From contig NC_043002.1 of NCBI RefSeq assembly GCF_006345805.1, forward strand, positions 88,412,001 through 88,476,000: 64,000 nucleotides of DNA, in the 5' to 3' direction. Positions 27,230 to 40,847 of this stretch are shown piece after piece. Both the position numbers and the translations under genes were made by a program. A model generated the notes under the pieces. The model worked only from the letters and a program-made list of their open reading frames with translations. It had not been told where the DNA came from and searched no databases. This stretch comes from Octopus sinensis. Taxonomy: Eukaryota. Position 1 is the stretch's first letter. The number at the start of each line of letters is the position of its first letter.

Positions 27230-27619
27230 CTGTCAAGATCAGGCTTACTTTGCACTTCAATGGTTACCATATTCTATCTTTTCATTAATTTGAATTAATT
27301 AAAAATTTCTTGGTTCACTACACTAAGTACATTAGCACTGACCTCTCAACTAAGTATACTTACATTGTGTTTTATATTTAGTATATTGATCTTGGAGAAA
27401 ACAAAGTTTCCAGTCAACCATGTCAGGATTGTAACACAACGCTGTAAACTGCAGAACAATTTCTTCATCGATTATTGATTGATTATCCAGTATAATCAAG
27501 CACAAATCTATCATTCTATCCTGTTTATATGTTGTACAGGGTGGACAGTGAAGTTAGCAGAAACATTTAATCATGTTTACATTATTTTGGTTCTTTCTCT
27601 TTCGGTTTTCAGTTGCTGA

Positions 27620-27793
27620 AATTGTTGTTGTTTAGCCCCCAGATCAACCTTGATCATGCAGAACTATAATCAAAGATGTTCCAGTCATGACCATCCCATC
27701 TGTCTTTTTTTTATAAATATATAGTGTTTCCTACTGATTTAAAAGATACTGGACACAAGATAATAGGACTTTAGATACATCATCATCATCACC

Positions 27794-27843
<50 letters not shown>

Positions 27844-28274
27844 TTAAGCAGATGTTAAACGATGATGATGATGATGTATCTAAAATCCCATTATCTTGTG
27901 TCCAGTATCTTTTAAATCAGTAGGATAGCAGACCTATGATCAAAAGCATTCCAAACATGACCATTCCTACAAAAATAGTGTTTCTATAACCAGAGACAAT
28001 GACAGCTGTATTCAAAGGAATATCAACTATGACTATCTCATTTTTGTCTTTAGATATTATAGTGTCGAAAAAACATATGTATATTTTCATCTTTTAAAGC
28101 AGTAGGGTGACAGACCTATGTTCAAGGATGTTCCAGCCATGACCATCTCATCTGATTTTTTTCATTCTTCAGTCATAGTGTATCTAAACCTCCATTATCT
28201 TCTGTCCAGTCTTTTTTTAAGATAGGAGGGAGAGAGAAAGAGAGAGAGAGAGCGAGAGAGAGAGACAGACAGGC

Positions 28275-28317
<43 letters not shown>

Positions 28318-28520
28318 GACAGACAGAGACAGACAGAGACAGACAGAGACAGACAGACTGACAGATAGATACAGAGACAGACAGATAGACAGAGATAGAG
28401 ACAGAGACAGAATGAAAAAGAGAGAGAGAGAGAGCTATAATCAAAGGTTTGCTAGTTATAACCATCCCATCTGGAGTTTTTTGGGAATTTTTGCAGTGAG
28501 TGTATCTAAAATTCTGTTAT
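27620..28520. repeat. Tandem cluster of a dispersed repeat (CAGACCTATGATCAAAG...CCAGCCATGACCATCCC...), one part inverted; includes (GACA/GA)n
   Basis: About 4 degenerate units; single copies also at ~42730 (+), ~29590 (-) and ~34940 (-). Confidence 0.7.
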
Positions 28521-28823
28521 ATTGTGTTATTTTTTTCTTTTAGGTGGATTAGAAGGGACACTAACAAGATAATATTCAGCTTACCAACTAGTATCAACTC
28601 ACGACACATAAGACAACAACTGGAGTTACATGGAAAAAGTTTAAAGTAGGACACTTAGATATATGGAGTGGTTGACATACTATTTCTAGTATGACAAGAG
28701 ACAATCCAAATGCTTTCATGTTAGCTCAAGTTTAATGATACCTGGGAGAGCCAACTAGAGAGTTTCTATGTAGTTACTCAACTGGCTTGAAATGGCAGAC
28801 AAACTTTCATTATGACATACTAT

Positions 28824-29222
28824 GGATGGATGGAAGCACTCCGTCGGTTACGACGACGACAAGGGTTCTGGTTGATCCGAATCAACGGAACAGCCTGCTC
28901 GTGAAATTAACGTGTAAGCGGCTGAGCACTCCACAGACACGTGTACCCTTAACGTAGTTCTCGGGGATATTCAGCGTGACACAGAGAGTGACTAGGCCGG
29001 CCCTTTGAAATACAGGTACAACAGAAACAGGAAGTAAGAGTGAGAGAAAGTTGTGGTGAAAGAGTACAGCAGGGATCACCACCATCCCCTGCCGGAGCCT
29101 CGTGGAACTTTTAGGTGTTTTCGCTCAATAAACACTCACAACGCCTGGTCTGGGAATCGAAACCGCGATCCTATGACCGCGAGTCCACTGCCCTAACCAC
29201 TGGGCCATTGCGCCTCCACATA
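28824..29222 (-). mobile_element. SINE family C (tRNA-derived)
   Basis: 9-bp TSD ACATACTAT; (TCCA)n tail; A/B boxes. Confidence 0.9.
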
Positions 29223-30502
29223 ACATACTATACTGTCTTAGAAAAGGAAGGACACATCGAAAAATGTGTTTCAAGTCTTAATTTCTCCCACCATTATGGA
29301 ACTTTGGGTGATAAAAAAAATCTCCATTTTGTACAATTACAAGTCCTGTCATGTACCTGCTTCTAATTAAGGCCCATATTTGCCAGGTCCTGACAGGTCT
29401 GCTTCTCCTCCTACACCTCCTCTGGTTGCTACTCAAAAAAAGCAACTCTAACTGGGTTTTTTTCATGGGCATACATAGTACATGGCTAAGCATCTTCTGC
29501 TATCTTATGACAATAGCATCCTGTAGGTTACTAAGCCAAATTCTTTTTGTGATACAGTACACTTGGTAAAAAATACAAAGACAGGATGGTTATGGTTGGA
29601 ATGCTTTTGATCATATTTCTACACAATTGGATCTGGTCTGAATCTGAACAATGACGACAATTTAATCCAATGTATGGTTTAAGTCTAACACCATAACCAC
29701 CTGGTCTTTAGATATCTTTTGCAATGTTGACTCTGTTGTAAGCATTTAGCATTTAGGTCAGATCACTGATCTAAGGATAAATATCTCCCTCCCTCCTTTG
29801 TATCACTCTTGGCTGCCTGTAAAACATTGGAGGTGGTGGTGGGCACTGCCCTTCCTTCTCCAACAAAGTCAATTAAAAAATAAAGAAAAAACCATTCCTC
29901 CTCCTCACCTACTAATTTTTATAAAATGAAAAACTACATCAGTACTAAGTGGCTACCAACACCCAAAATTCAGTAATGGGGTGGATTTAGATTACAATAT
30001 CACAACATTAATACTGGGTTGAATATGTTTAATAATATCCCCAATCTCAATAGCTGGGTGGTTACAACTGACAAGTTAATTTCGTTTGCAGTTTGACATA
30101 GATCTCTATGTATATATGTTTGTGTGTGAGTATAAGCACAAACTTCCAATATTTTTATATGATGCAGTAGTAAGGTATATATACTCTCTCTTTTACTCTC
30201 TTTTACTTAGTCAAGCAAATCGACCCCAGGACTTATTCTTTGGAAGCCTAGTTCTTATTCTATCAGTCTCTTTTGCCAAACCACTAAGTTACAGGGACGT
30301 AAACACACCACCATCGGTTGTCAAGCAATGTTGGGAGGACAAATACAGACACACAAACATATACACAGACATACATGTATATGTATACATATATACAACG
30401 GGCTTCTTTCAGTTTCCGTCTACCAAATCCACTCACAAGGCTTTGGTCAGCCCAAGGCTATAATAGAAGACACTTGTGTATATATAAATATATATATGTA
30501 AA

Positions 30503-30562
<60 letters not shown>

Positions 30563-31124
30563 AATGTATGTATGTATGTATGTATGTATGTATGTATGTA
30601 TGTATGTATGTATGCATATATATACGTCATTTGTTATTAATTCCTGACGTACAACATAGCTTAGCTAGCTGTAAGTATGAACTGAATGATATGACCGCAT
30701 AAGATTACTAATAGCAATGGAATAGTTTGAAGATATATACTTCAAAAGCAAAGAAGCACTGTTGACCTAGAAGTGGAAAAAAAAAAATCATTTGACAAAT
30801 TCCAACAATGTGTAATATGGTGTATAGAAAAACAGATAGGTGTACCTTGTATGACTGACTCACAGACACTATCAGGTTTAATGATAAGTCTCCTTCATAG
30901 GATACAATGAATATATAAGATTTGTATTCTGCAAGGCAACATGATTTACTTAGTTATATCTTTTATATTTATATATATATATATATATGTATACATCTAA
31001 TATAGGATAAAATTTTTTCGAAAAATATTTTATCAATGACCAGCATATTAAAAAATAGCTTTAAAGGTTAAATTTATAAACAACTTATAAATTTATAAAC
31101 AACTTATAATGGGCTGGAGAATTT

Positions 31125-31159
<35 letters not shown>

Positions 31160-31163
31160 TAAA

Positions 31164-32430
31164 CAGGGCTTGGACAAAATAATGGAAACACCTAGCATCA
31201 AAGCATCATAATTTTGAAATATCTATAAAACCATCAAATGCTTGTTTATTTTTATGCTTTTTGATTTATTATTATTGTTGCTTAATATGTTTTGCTAAAA
31301 TTGCTGTTTCTTTTCAAATATCATCAGAAAAAGGTATTTAAAATTCATTAAAATGACAGAACTATCAGACTTTCAAAGAGGTCAAATTGTTGGTGCACAT
31401 ATGGCAGGTGCTAGCATAACAAAAACAACTGAAATGTTTGGTGTATCAAGAAGTACTGTCTCAAAAGTAACAACAGCCTTTGAGAAAGAGGAAAAACCCT
31501 CCTCATCAAAACAAAACTCTGGAAGAATACTAAAACTTTCAGATAGGGATCGTCAGACTCTTACACAAATTATTAGAAAGGATCACAAAAGTACAGCTCC
31601 CAAAATTACTGCAGAGCTTAATGACTACCTCGAGAACCCAGTTTCCACAAAACTGTTCACTGGGAGCTGCACAAAGTCGGATTTCACCAGAGGGCAGCAA
31701 TCAGAAAGCCACTACTTTCAAAAACAAACATTGCAAAGCGTTTAGAGTGGAGTAAAAACATGCAGAATTGGTCCCTAGAGCAGTGGAAGAATGTTATTTT
31801 CTCAGACGAGTCATTCTTTAACTTATTTCCGACCACCAGCCAAGTATACGTGTGGAGACAATATTTGACCCAGACTGCCTTCTTCCAACTGTTAAACATG
31901 GAGGAGGATCTGTGCTGATTGGGGGTGGGGTGGCTATATCTTGGAAATCTGCCAGCCCAATGGTTTCCTTTCATGGCAGAATTAATAGTCAAGACTATTT
32001 AAGCCTTTTATCTAATCAAATTCATCCTATGTTTTCAGAACTGTTTCCGGAGGGAAACACAATCTTTTAGGATGATAATGCACCAATTCACACAGCTAAA
32101 GTTATTACTGAATGGCATGAGGAATATTCTAATGAAGTTGAACATTTTATCTGGCCACCACAGTTCCCAGATCTCAATATTATCAAACATTTATGATGCA
32201 TTTTAGAAAAACAAGTAAGGAGTTGATATCCTCTACCATTATCACTACAAGAACTGGTGACTGTTTTAGCTGAAGAATGGACAAAAATTCCTTTGGAAAC
32301 AACTCAAAATTTGTATGAGTCCATACCTCATAGAATTCAAGCTGTAATTACTACCAAAGGCAGTCCTACCCATATTAAAATAAATTTGTATGAAATTTTA
32401 AGGTGTTTCCATTATTTTGTCCAATCCCTG
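31164..32430 (+). mobile_element. Tc1-like transposon with DD36E spacing (Incomer/IC-type), full length but inactivated
   Basis: 31-bp TIR CAGGG(C/A)TTGGACAAAATAATGGAAACACCT, 1267 bp. MTELSDFQRGQIVGA; FSDES; DDNAPIH...WPPQFPDLNIIK with 36 residues between D2 and a decayed E (AAA); frameshifts and stops. Confidence 0.9.
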
Positions 32431-32436
32431 TATATA

Positions 32437-32781
32437 AAAAGGGGTAAAAAACCCCTTCGGTCATGAATGACCATGGGATTGCACCTAGAAAGTTACCCTC
32501 CTAGACACAAGTCCGGGCAAGGTTGTTTATGGAAGACCAGCGGTCGCCCATGCATACCGGCCTCCCCTCTCCACGCTACCAGTGTTATACAAGGGAAAGA
32601 CAAAGGTCGATACAGCTTGGCACCAGTGACGTCGCAACTCATTTCTACAGCTGAGTGAACTGGAGCAATGTGAAATAAAGTGCCTTGCTCAAGAACACAA
32701 CACGCAGCCCAGTCCGGGATTCGAGCTCACAACCTCACAATCGTAAGCTTGACGCTCTAACCACTGAGCCATGCGCCTTCA
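32437..32781 (-). mobile_element. SINE family E with RTE-like 3' part
   Basis: 9-bp TSD CTGTATATA duplicating the Tc1 terminus; second copy at ~35030-35350 (+). Confidence 0.9.
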
Positions 32782-32807
32782 CTGTATATATATATATATA
32801 TATATAT

Positions 32808-32998
32808 ATCATCATCATCATCATCATCGTTTAACGTCTGTTTTCCGCACTAGCACAGGTTGGACGGTTCGACCGGGGTCTGGGAAGCCAGGGGCTGCAC
32901 CAGGCTCCAGTCTGATCTGGCAGAGTTTCTACAGCTGGATGCCCTTCCTAACGCCAACCACTCCGCGAGTGTAGTGGGTGCTTTTTACGTGCCACCTG

Positions 32999-33033
<35 letters not shown>

Positions 33034-33510
33034 CACACTCGAATGGTGCCCTTTTACATGCCACAGGTATAGAAGCCAGTTGGCTGCTCTGGCAACGATC
33101 ACAACGATCATGCTCAGATGGTGTTCATGGCTGTGCTAGTAGGGTGCCAAGAACACCATCCGAGTGTGATCGTTGTGATCATTGCCAGAGCAGCCAACTG
33201 GCTTCCGTACCCGTAGCACGTAAAAGGGCACCATTCAAGCGTGATCGTTACCAACGTCACTTCACTGGCACTTGTGTTGGTCACACGAGTAAAAAGATTC
33301 GAGCCAGGTCATTACCAGTACCGCCTGACTGGCCCCCATGGAGGTGGCACGTAAAAAGCACCCACTACACTCTCGGAGTGGCTGGCGGTAGGAAGGGCAT
33401 CCAGCTGTAGAAACTCTGCCAGATCAAGACTGGAGCCTGGTGCAGCCATCTGGTTGCCAGCCCCCAGTCAAAACCGTCCAACCCATGCTAGAATGGAAAA
33501 CGGACGTTAA

Positions 33511-33542
<32 letters not shown>
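32808..33542. mobile_element. Inverted pair of family-D retroposons (32808-33000 minus; 33140-33542 plus)
   Basis: (CAT)n and (GAT)n tails point outward; ~170-bp complementary arms. Confidence 0.85.
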
Positions 33543-33543
<1 letters not shown>

Positions 33544-33923
33544 TACACAATTGAATGGAGTTTACTGAGGCTGATTTGTCAATGGCTGGATGTCCCACTT
33601 TCTGTCGCCAAGCACCCTCTCTTGTTTTTCTAGTAAGGCAATATTTTTCAATGGCCAGACATGTTTTTGCAGAATATTGAAAACAAATGACACTGTATGA
33701 TAGTGACTTTCATTTACAACAGTCACACAATGTTGAAACAAGGCAGCAGAAATATATACGTACTCATATGCACATACACATACATATACACATTCGTACA
33801 CATATACACTCACGTGCATACATATGCATATATATAAATATATGCATATATATGCATATATAAATATATATAAATATATATATATATACATATGTATATG
33901 TATATATATGTATGTATATGTAT

Positions 33924-33954
<31 letters not shown>

Positions 33955-33983
33955 AATATATATATAAACATATACACATATAC

Positions 33984-34094
<111 letters not shown>

Positions 34095-34264
34095 GTTAAT
34101 CCAAACATGAAAACACAAAGAGAAAACACAACAACATGAGGGTGTGGAACAAATATAGTATTATTGGACACTCAGGAAGGAAGGGAAGAAGGAGGGTTTT
34201 ACATTTGATATATATATATATATATATATGGGAGTGAGACATGGTGTCTGAGAGAGAGAGAGAG

Positions 34265-34646
34265 ATGGCAATTTTGAGAAGGACCGAGAGAAATGCTGTT
34301 TGATAAGAGGAGAACTGAAGACTTGATGGAGATGCTGGGGTTGGAAGAATTAGTGGAATGGCTGGCAAAGGCAAATGGAGTGCAGTAGTAAGGGCATGTG
34401 TTGAGGAGGGATGAAGCACAAATTCTGACAGGGTGCTTGAATTTGAGGTAAAGGGACTGAGAAAAACGTGGAGGGGACAAGCGGAAGAGGAAATTGGGAG
34501 GGTAGACTTGAGAATGGTGAATGCCCAAAACAGGGCAAGATGGCAAGATGGTGTAAGGGCAGTTGCTATGACATCGAGGTAGATCCAGCCACCCCCATTA
34601 ATGAGGACAAAACCCAGATTTAAAATACTGGATGATGATGATGATG

Positions 34647-34650
<4 letters not shown>
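34265..34650 (+). mobile_element. RTE LINE 3' end
   Basis: RVLEFEVKG.RKTW...AQNRARWQDGV, ending in (GAT)n. Confidence 0.75.
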
Positions 34651-34682
<32 letters not shown>

Positions 34683-35591
34683 AGTGTTGCCACCACCTCA
34701 ACTCCAAAATTGACAGGTGATTGGAGTTGAGCCAATGATTCCTATGAGAACATCACAGCAACTACGGCCAACATCATAGATTAGCGGGTTAAGACATTGT
34801 GTATGTCAGCTCATAACTACATTGGAACCTAAAGCAATTAGCAAAAGCCTGGTACATGCTACCCAGCCATACCTTCTTATAAGTGATAGCTGGCTGTTCT
34901 GTACTGTCCTGTAGACATATTATGTCTGGGAAAAAGACAGAGGATGGTCATGGCTGGAATGATTATGATCATAGGTCTACAGGATCAGTGATGACCTAGA
35001 GTTGATAATAGCATATATGTATAAATAATAATATGGCTCAATTGTTAAGAGCATCAGATTTACAATCGTGAGGTAGTGAGTTTGATTTCCGAACTGGGCT
35101 GTGTTGTGTTTTTGAGCAAGGCACTTTATTTTCATATTGCACCAGTTCATTCAGCTATAGAAATGAGTTGTGATGTCACTGGTGCCAAGCTGTATTGGCC
35201 TTTGACTTTCCCTTAGATAACATTGGTGACATGAAGAGGAGAGGCTGGTATGCATGGGTGACTGCTGGTCTTCCATAAACCTAGCCCAGACTTGTGCCTC
35301 GGAGGGGAACTTTCTAGGTGCAATCCTATCATCATTCATGATTGAACGGGGAATTTAATATCATTTGAGAATGACAACTGGGCACCAATTGCTTTGTTTT
35401 ATTTTGTTTTGTTTTGTTTCCCTCTGTCATTTTCTGATGTTTAGAGTGAAGGCAAGAAGCAGGAACAGCCTTTTCTTTAATAAGAACCTTATTAGTAGAA
35501 CTAGCAGTTAATCTCATGTATATACAAACCTGTGTAGAATACCTCAATGCTGAGTAAAATAATGAATGTTTAAGCTTATATATATTCATTA

Positions 35592-35658
35592 GCATGTATA
35601 GTAGTTGACCATTTGACTGCAGGTCAAGAGGTCTCTAGTTCATTCCCAGGTATCCACT
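35592..35658 (+). pseudogene. tRNA-Cys(GCA) pseudogene, copy 1 (5'-decayed)
   Basis: CATTTGACTGCAGGTCAAGAGGTCTCTAGTTCA matches eukaryotic tRNA-Cys as I recall it; anticodon GCA at 35619-35621. Confidence 0.75.
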
Positions 35659-35690
35659 TCATCTTAGAATATATTTTTCAGTTTTTAGTA

Positions 35691-35762
35691 GTGGGTACAG
35701 CTCAGGGCTTGAGTATATGACCGCAGATTGAGAAGTACCCAGTTCAATTCCAGGTGCCTCCT
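35691..35762 (+). pseudogene. tRNA-Cys(GCA) pseudogene, copy 2 (72 nt)
   Basis: GTGGGTACAGCTCAGGG...CCGCAGA...GTTCAATTCCAGGTGCCTCCT; colinear with tRNA-Cys, stems mismatched. Confidence 0.75.
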
Positions 35763-37024
35763 TTATCTTGGAATATATTTATAGGTATGTAACATATCCA
35801 ATTACATTTTGATGATACAGGATTTTAGTGACTGTGTTGTGGACAGTTTCATAATTGAATGGGGCAGAAATTTCCTCACAGACAAAGGAGCTTTTCTGCC
35901 CCTGAAATGTGCTAGAGTTAGTAGCCAAATCTTCAACAAGTTAACTCCTACTATCATAAATAATGAAGGATACAATGGACAATGTAGTCCTTGATATGCC
36001 AGAAGATATCACAACTTGAACCCCTTTGATTATTGGTCTGTTCTATCAATGCAAAGCTGGGACTAAACAACAGCAACAACAGCAGCACCACTACATCATA
36101 AGCAATTGTTGCAGACAATGTTGAGTTTAAATCCTTTTTTGAATATGTGAAGCGAATGCTCCAGTATGACCATGGCCAATATGGCTTAAGTAAAACTAAA
36201 AAAAAATGAATAAAAAAATATGCTGTCATTTAACCCTTGCTAAACCCTGCTTGAGCAGACATGATTTGAGCCATTCATGCTAAGACTATCCCAAGAAATT
36301 ATGCCCTAACATATCTTCACCACCATCCACCTTCTCTTCCAACTAAGGTAACCATGTACCAAGACCCATTTCTGTCTCCCTGCCATACTTTAACATCTCA
36401 TCATCTGGCATAACGCCACCTTTCTCAATACTACTCCTCTACCATTCAGATGATGTGATCTTATCTTGCAAGTGACTTAGTCATCTCACTGGTGCTGGTA
36501 CTACAAAAAAAGCACCCAGTACACTCTGTAAAGTGGTTGGCATTAGGAAGGGCATCCAATCATAGAAACCATGCCAAAACAAACATTGGAGCTTAGGGCA
36601 CAGTCCTATAGCTCACCAGTTCCTATCAAACTGTCCAATACATACCAGCAGGGGAAACAGATTTTTAACGATGATAGTGGTGGTGGTGGTGGTGGTGGTG
36701 GTGGTGGTGGTGGTAGTGGTGGTGGTAGTGGTGGTGGTAGTGGTGGTGGTAGTGGTGGTGGTGATGCATAACCTATCCAGGGTCACATTACCCAATGTAT
36801 TCCTCCTTTCTCAAGTAAGCATGTACTATGAGGTATATTTGATCAAGCAATCGTGTAAAGAATCTTTTGTTGGCTCAACTGTGAACACTTAGAACTGTGA
36901 ACTGAAAAAAGGGTTCACCCAAAATATACATCATAAAGATGGAGCTTTGGTGTAGTATATCCCTTATAACAATTCACTAAGGGAACTCATATACTATTAC
37001 ATAAACTCACTATATTTATTTTAA

Positions 37025-37078
<54 letters not shown>

Positions 37079-37162
37079 TTAATGTAGGATAAAATTTTTT
37101 CGAAAATATGTTTTATCAATGGCCAGCATATTAAAAAATACCTTTAAAGGTTAAATTTATAA

Positions 37163-37327
37163 ACAACTTATAAATAAGGGCAAACGAAAAAATTTCTAAT
37201 GCCAAATATGCCGAAATTGAACACATTGTCCATAACCATTATATAGTTATAAGGTTATGGACAATGTGTTCAATTTCAGCATATTTGGCATTAGAAATTT
37301 TTTCGTTTGCCCTTATTTATAAGTTGT
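37163..37327. repeat. Fold-back inverted repeat, 75-bp arms, 1 mismatch, 15-nt spacer
   Basis: 37163-37237 is the reverse complement of 37253-37327. Confidence 0.95.
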
Positions 37328-38339
37328 GTATATATATATATATTCAATGTTTACCTCATTATTATGCTCATCAGATTCTATTTTATTATCAAGCTGTAGC
37401 TAAGCATACAGGAGACAACAGAGATCGCATACATTCAATGATGTGAGCGCTGATATGCTTGTGCTTGAATGCAATGGGTTTTAATGGACTTGATATATAA
37501 CAGCCTGACATATTACATATGTATGTATTGATGTTATTGATATTGTAAAACCTATTCAGAATGTAGTTTTTGTGATAAATATTTATATCATTGAAAGTTC
37601 TGTTTGCTTTTATACATACAATATTCACTGAGTTGCAATTGCTGGGGAATTATGATGCTATCTTCCTCGCGTAGTGAAGTTTGTATTAATATATTTAATA
37701 GAGGGTGCAGTAAAAGGCTAACCAGAAATAATAATTCTGTTTCTGTTTTATTTGTTTTTTTTTTAATCTTTTAGTCAAGAAGGAAGAGCAGTGTCAATGA
37801 CCTTTTATAGGGTCTCTGAGACTAGTGGGAGGAGAGGGGAGAGGGAAGAGAGAGAAGGTAACCTCCTTCTGAAAACCTAGCTCAAATGCTTACAACAGAG
37901 TGAGCTCCACAAAAGGTACCTAAGAGTAAGATAGCAATGTTAAAGCAGATGACAAATTAAAGCCTACCACCTCAGCTAGGTCATGGTAGGATTTGAACAC
38001 TCACTCAAAGCTAGAACAAATGTGCTGAGGCCTGTCTTCCAACACTCCAATATTTCTGCCAATCAAATGCTCTAGATCAGGAGTCAAGGAACATTTTTAA
38101 TCAATTGCCCCAAAATATATTTATCTATACCAACATTACCAACATTACCAACATTACCAATGTTATGTACCGGTGGCACGTAAAAAGCACCCACTACACT
38201 CACGGAGTGGTTGGCATTAGGAAGGGCATCCAGCCGTAGAAACATTGCCAGATCAGACTGGGCCTGGTGCAGCCTTCTGGCTTCCCAGACCCCAGTTGAA
38301 CCGTCCAACCCATGCTAGCATGGAAAACGGACGCTAAAC

Positions 38340-38370
<31 letters not shown>

Positions 38371-39074
38371 ACACCCTTGATTTAAAAGGAAGAAAATCAT
38401 AGATTCTTTGAATTCAAGAGGTTTATTGGATCTATTTGGTGTGATGCCTCCTAAACACGTCCATTACATTGAACGGGTGCAGTGTTGCCAGAAGAAAAAT
38501 TTCTGTCATAACAAGGAACAAGTTTTTTGTTTATATATTTTTACTTATGTCTAATGAGTCTTCACTACCCACAAGAATTTCATTTTTACCCCATTTGGAG
38601 TAATTTACCCTGGTTTGCCAACCCCTGCTCTAGACTGATCTGATACTTTATTTATCAACCCTAGAAAGATAAATAGCAAACTTGATTTTGGTAGGATTTG
38701 AACTCAGAATGCAAGGTACCAGATAAATGTTGCAAGGTATTTTATCTGATGCTCTAATGACACTGCTTGTTCACCACCTTGTATGCCAATAACTGATGAA
38801 AGTCAAACAATATTAGCCAATCACTAATATCTTTTATATTATAAGGCTGTGAGCTGGCAGAAACGTTAGCACACCGGGCGAAACGCTTAGCAGTATTTTG
38901 TCTGTCTTTACGTTCTGATTTCAAATTCTCCCAAAGTCGACTTTGTCTTTCATCCTTTCAAGGTCAATAAATTAGGTACCTGTTGCATACTGGAGTCAAT
39001 CTAATCAACTGGCCCCTGCCCCCAAGATTTCAGGCATTGTGCCTAGAGTAGAAAACGATCTCCTTTATATTATA

Positions 39075-39605
<531 letters not shown>

Positions 39606-39819
39606 TGCAAACCTGAGATAATTCTGGATATGTTCCAGCCTTATTATGGCCTCATCAGCAAAGTATAGACTTTATCAAGCTTGCCAATGTAGCGATAGTA
39701 CAATTACAGAGTAAACATCCAGGATTTACACTTGTCGATGTTGACCAATGGAGTTGTTTAGAGAGTAAATAACTAAAAGTAGGGACTTGATAACTTGGCA
39801 CAAAAGACATGCTAGTTAC

Positions 39820-39854
39820 CTGGTTTGTCACCAAACCACTTCTGTCAAACTTTC
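39820..39854 (-). CDS. Candidate host exon (35 nt, phase 1->0): GKFDRSGLVTNQ
   Basis: Strong acceptor ccccatctgttttcag and donor CAG|gtaact. Confidence 0.3.
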
Positions 39855-40847
39855 CTGAAAACAGATGGGGAACGTCTCAGAGATTGATCAAACTAACTGG
39901 AAAGTGATATGTAATTTGGTTGTCGATGTTGTTGTTTAAATCCATGTCAACTCTGATCAGGCAAACTTTTATCAAAGGTTTTCCATTATAACCCTATTTA
40001 ATACTTTTATATATCAAGGATTATACTGATTCCAAATTTTGGCACAAGGCCAGCAGTTCCAGGGAGTGTGTAAGTCGGTTACATTGACCCCAGTGTTCAA
40101 CTTTTACTTAGTTTTGAGCCATTCATGCCAAGACTATCCCAAGAAATTATGCCCTAACACATCTTCACCACCATCCACCTTCTCATCCAACTAAGGTAAC
40201 CATGTACCAAGCCCCATTTCTGTCTCCTTGCCATACTTTAACTGTTACTTCATCCCTGAAAGGATGAAAAGCAAAGTCAATCTCAGCAGAATTTGAACTC
40301 AGAATGTAAAGATGGATGAAACACCATTAAGCATTTTGCCCAGCATGCTAATGATTCTGCCAGCCTTATTATGGCCTCATCAGCAAAGTATAGACTTTAT
40401 CAGGCTTGCCAATGGAGCGATGGTACAATTGACTTAGGTACACATAGGAATCAAACTCAGTCTTATTTTCATGATAAGTGTGCAGACTGATTACACCAAC
40501 ATATATATATATCAGGGATTATATTGTTCAATGTGTCCTTTATTTTAGGTGGAAGAATTAGGTGTGAGGAAGATTTGACAACAATTTCTATCATTTCAAG
40601 CAACCATTTATATGCTTAGTAACTGATATGGAGGTAGGATGCATATTTAAGAATGAACTATTGTATTTGATGGAATAAACGATGACAGGAATATTAGATG
40701 CATCTTAATTGCAGCTGTGCATATTCTGGAAAAAAAAAGTATTTAGATCAAAGTACCTTGCATTCCAGAACATCCCGCTGTGCTTGAGGAGACCTGTTGA
40801 GTCAAATACATGAACATCGAAATAAATATCAATGGAAATAGTAGTTG

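Noticed and set aside
34697-34731. 11-bp stem hairpin CTCAACTCCAA/TTGGAGTTGAG as a Helitron 3' end
   Set aside because: No CTRR terminus at the expected distance and no other copy seen
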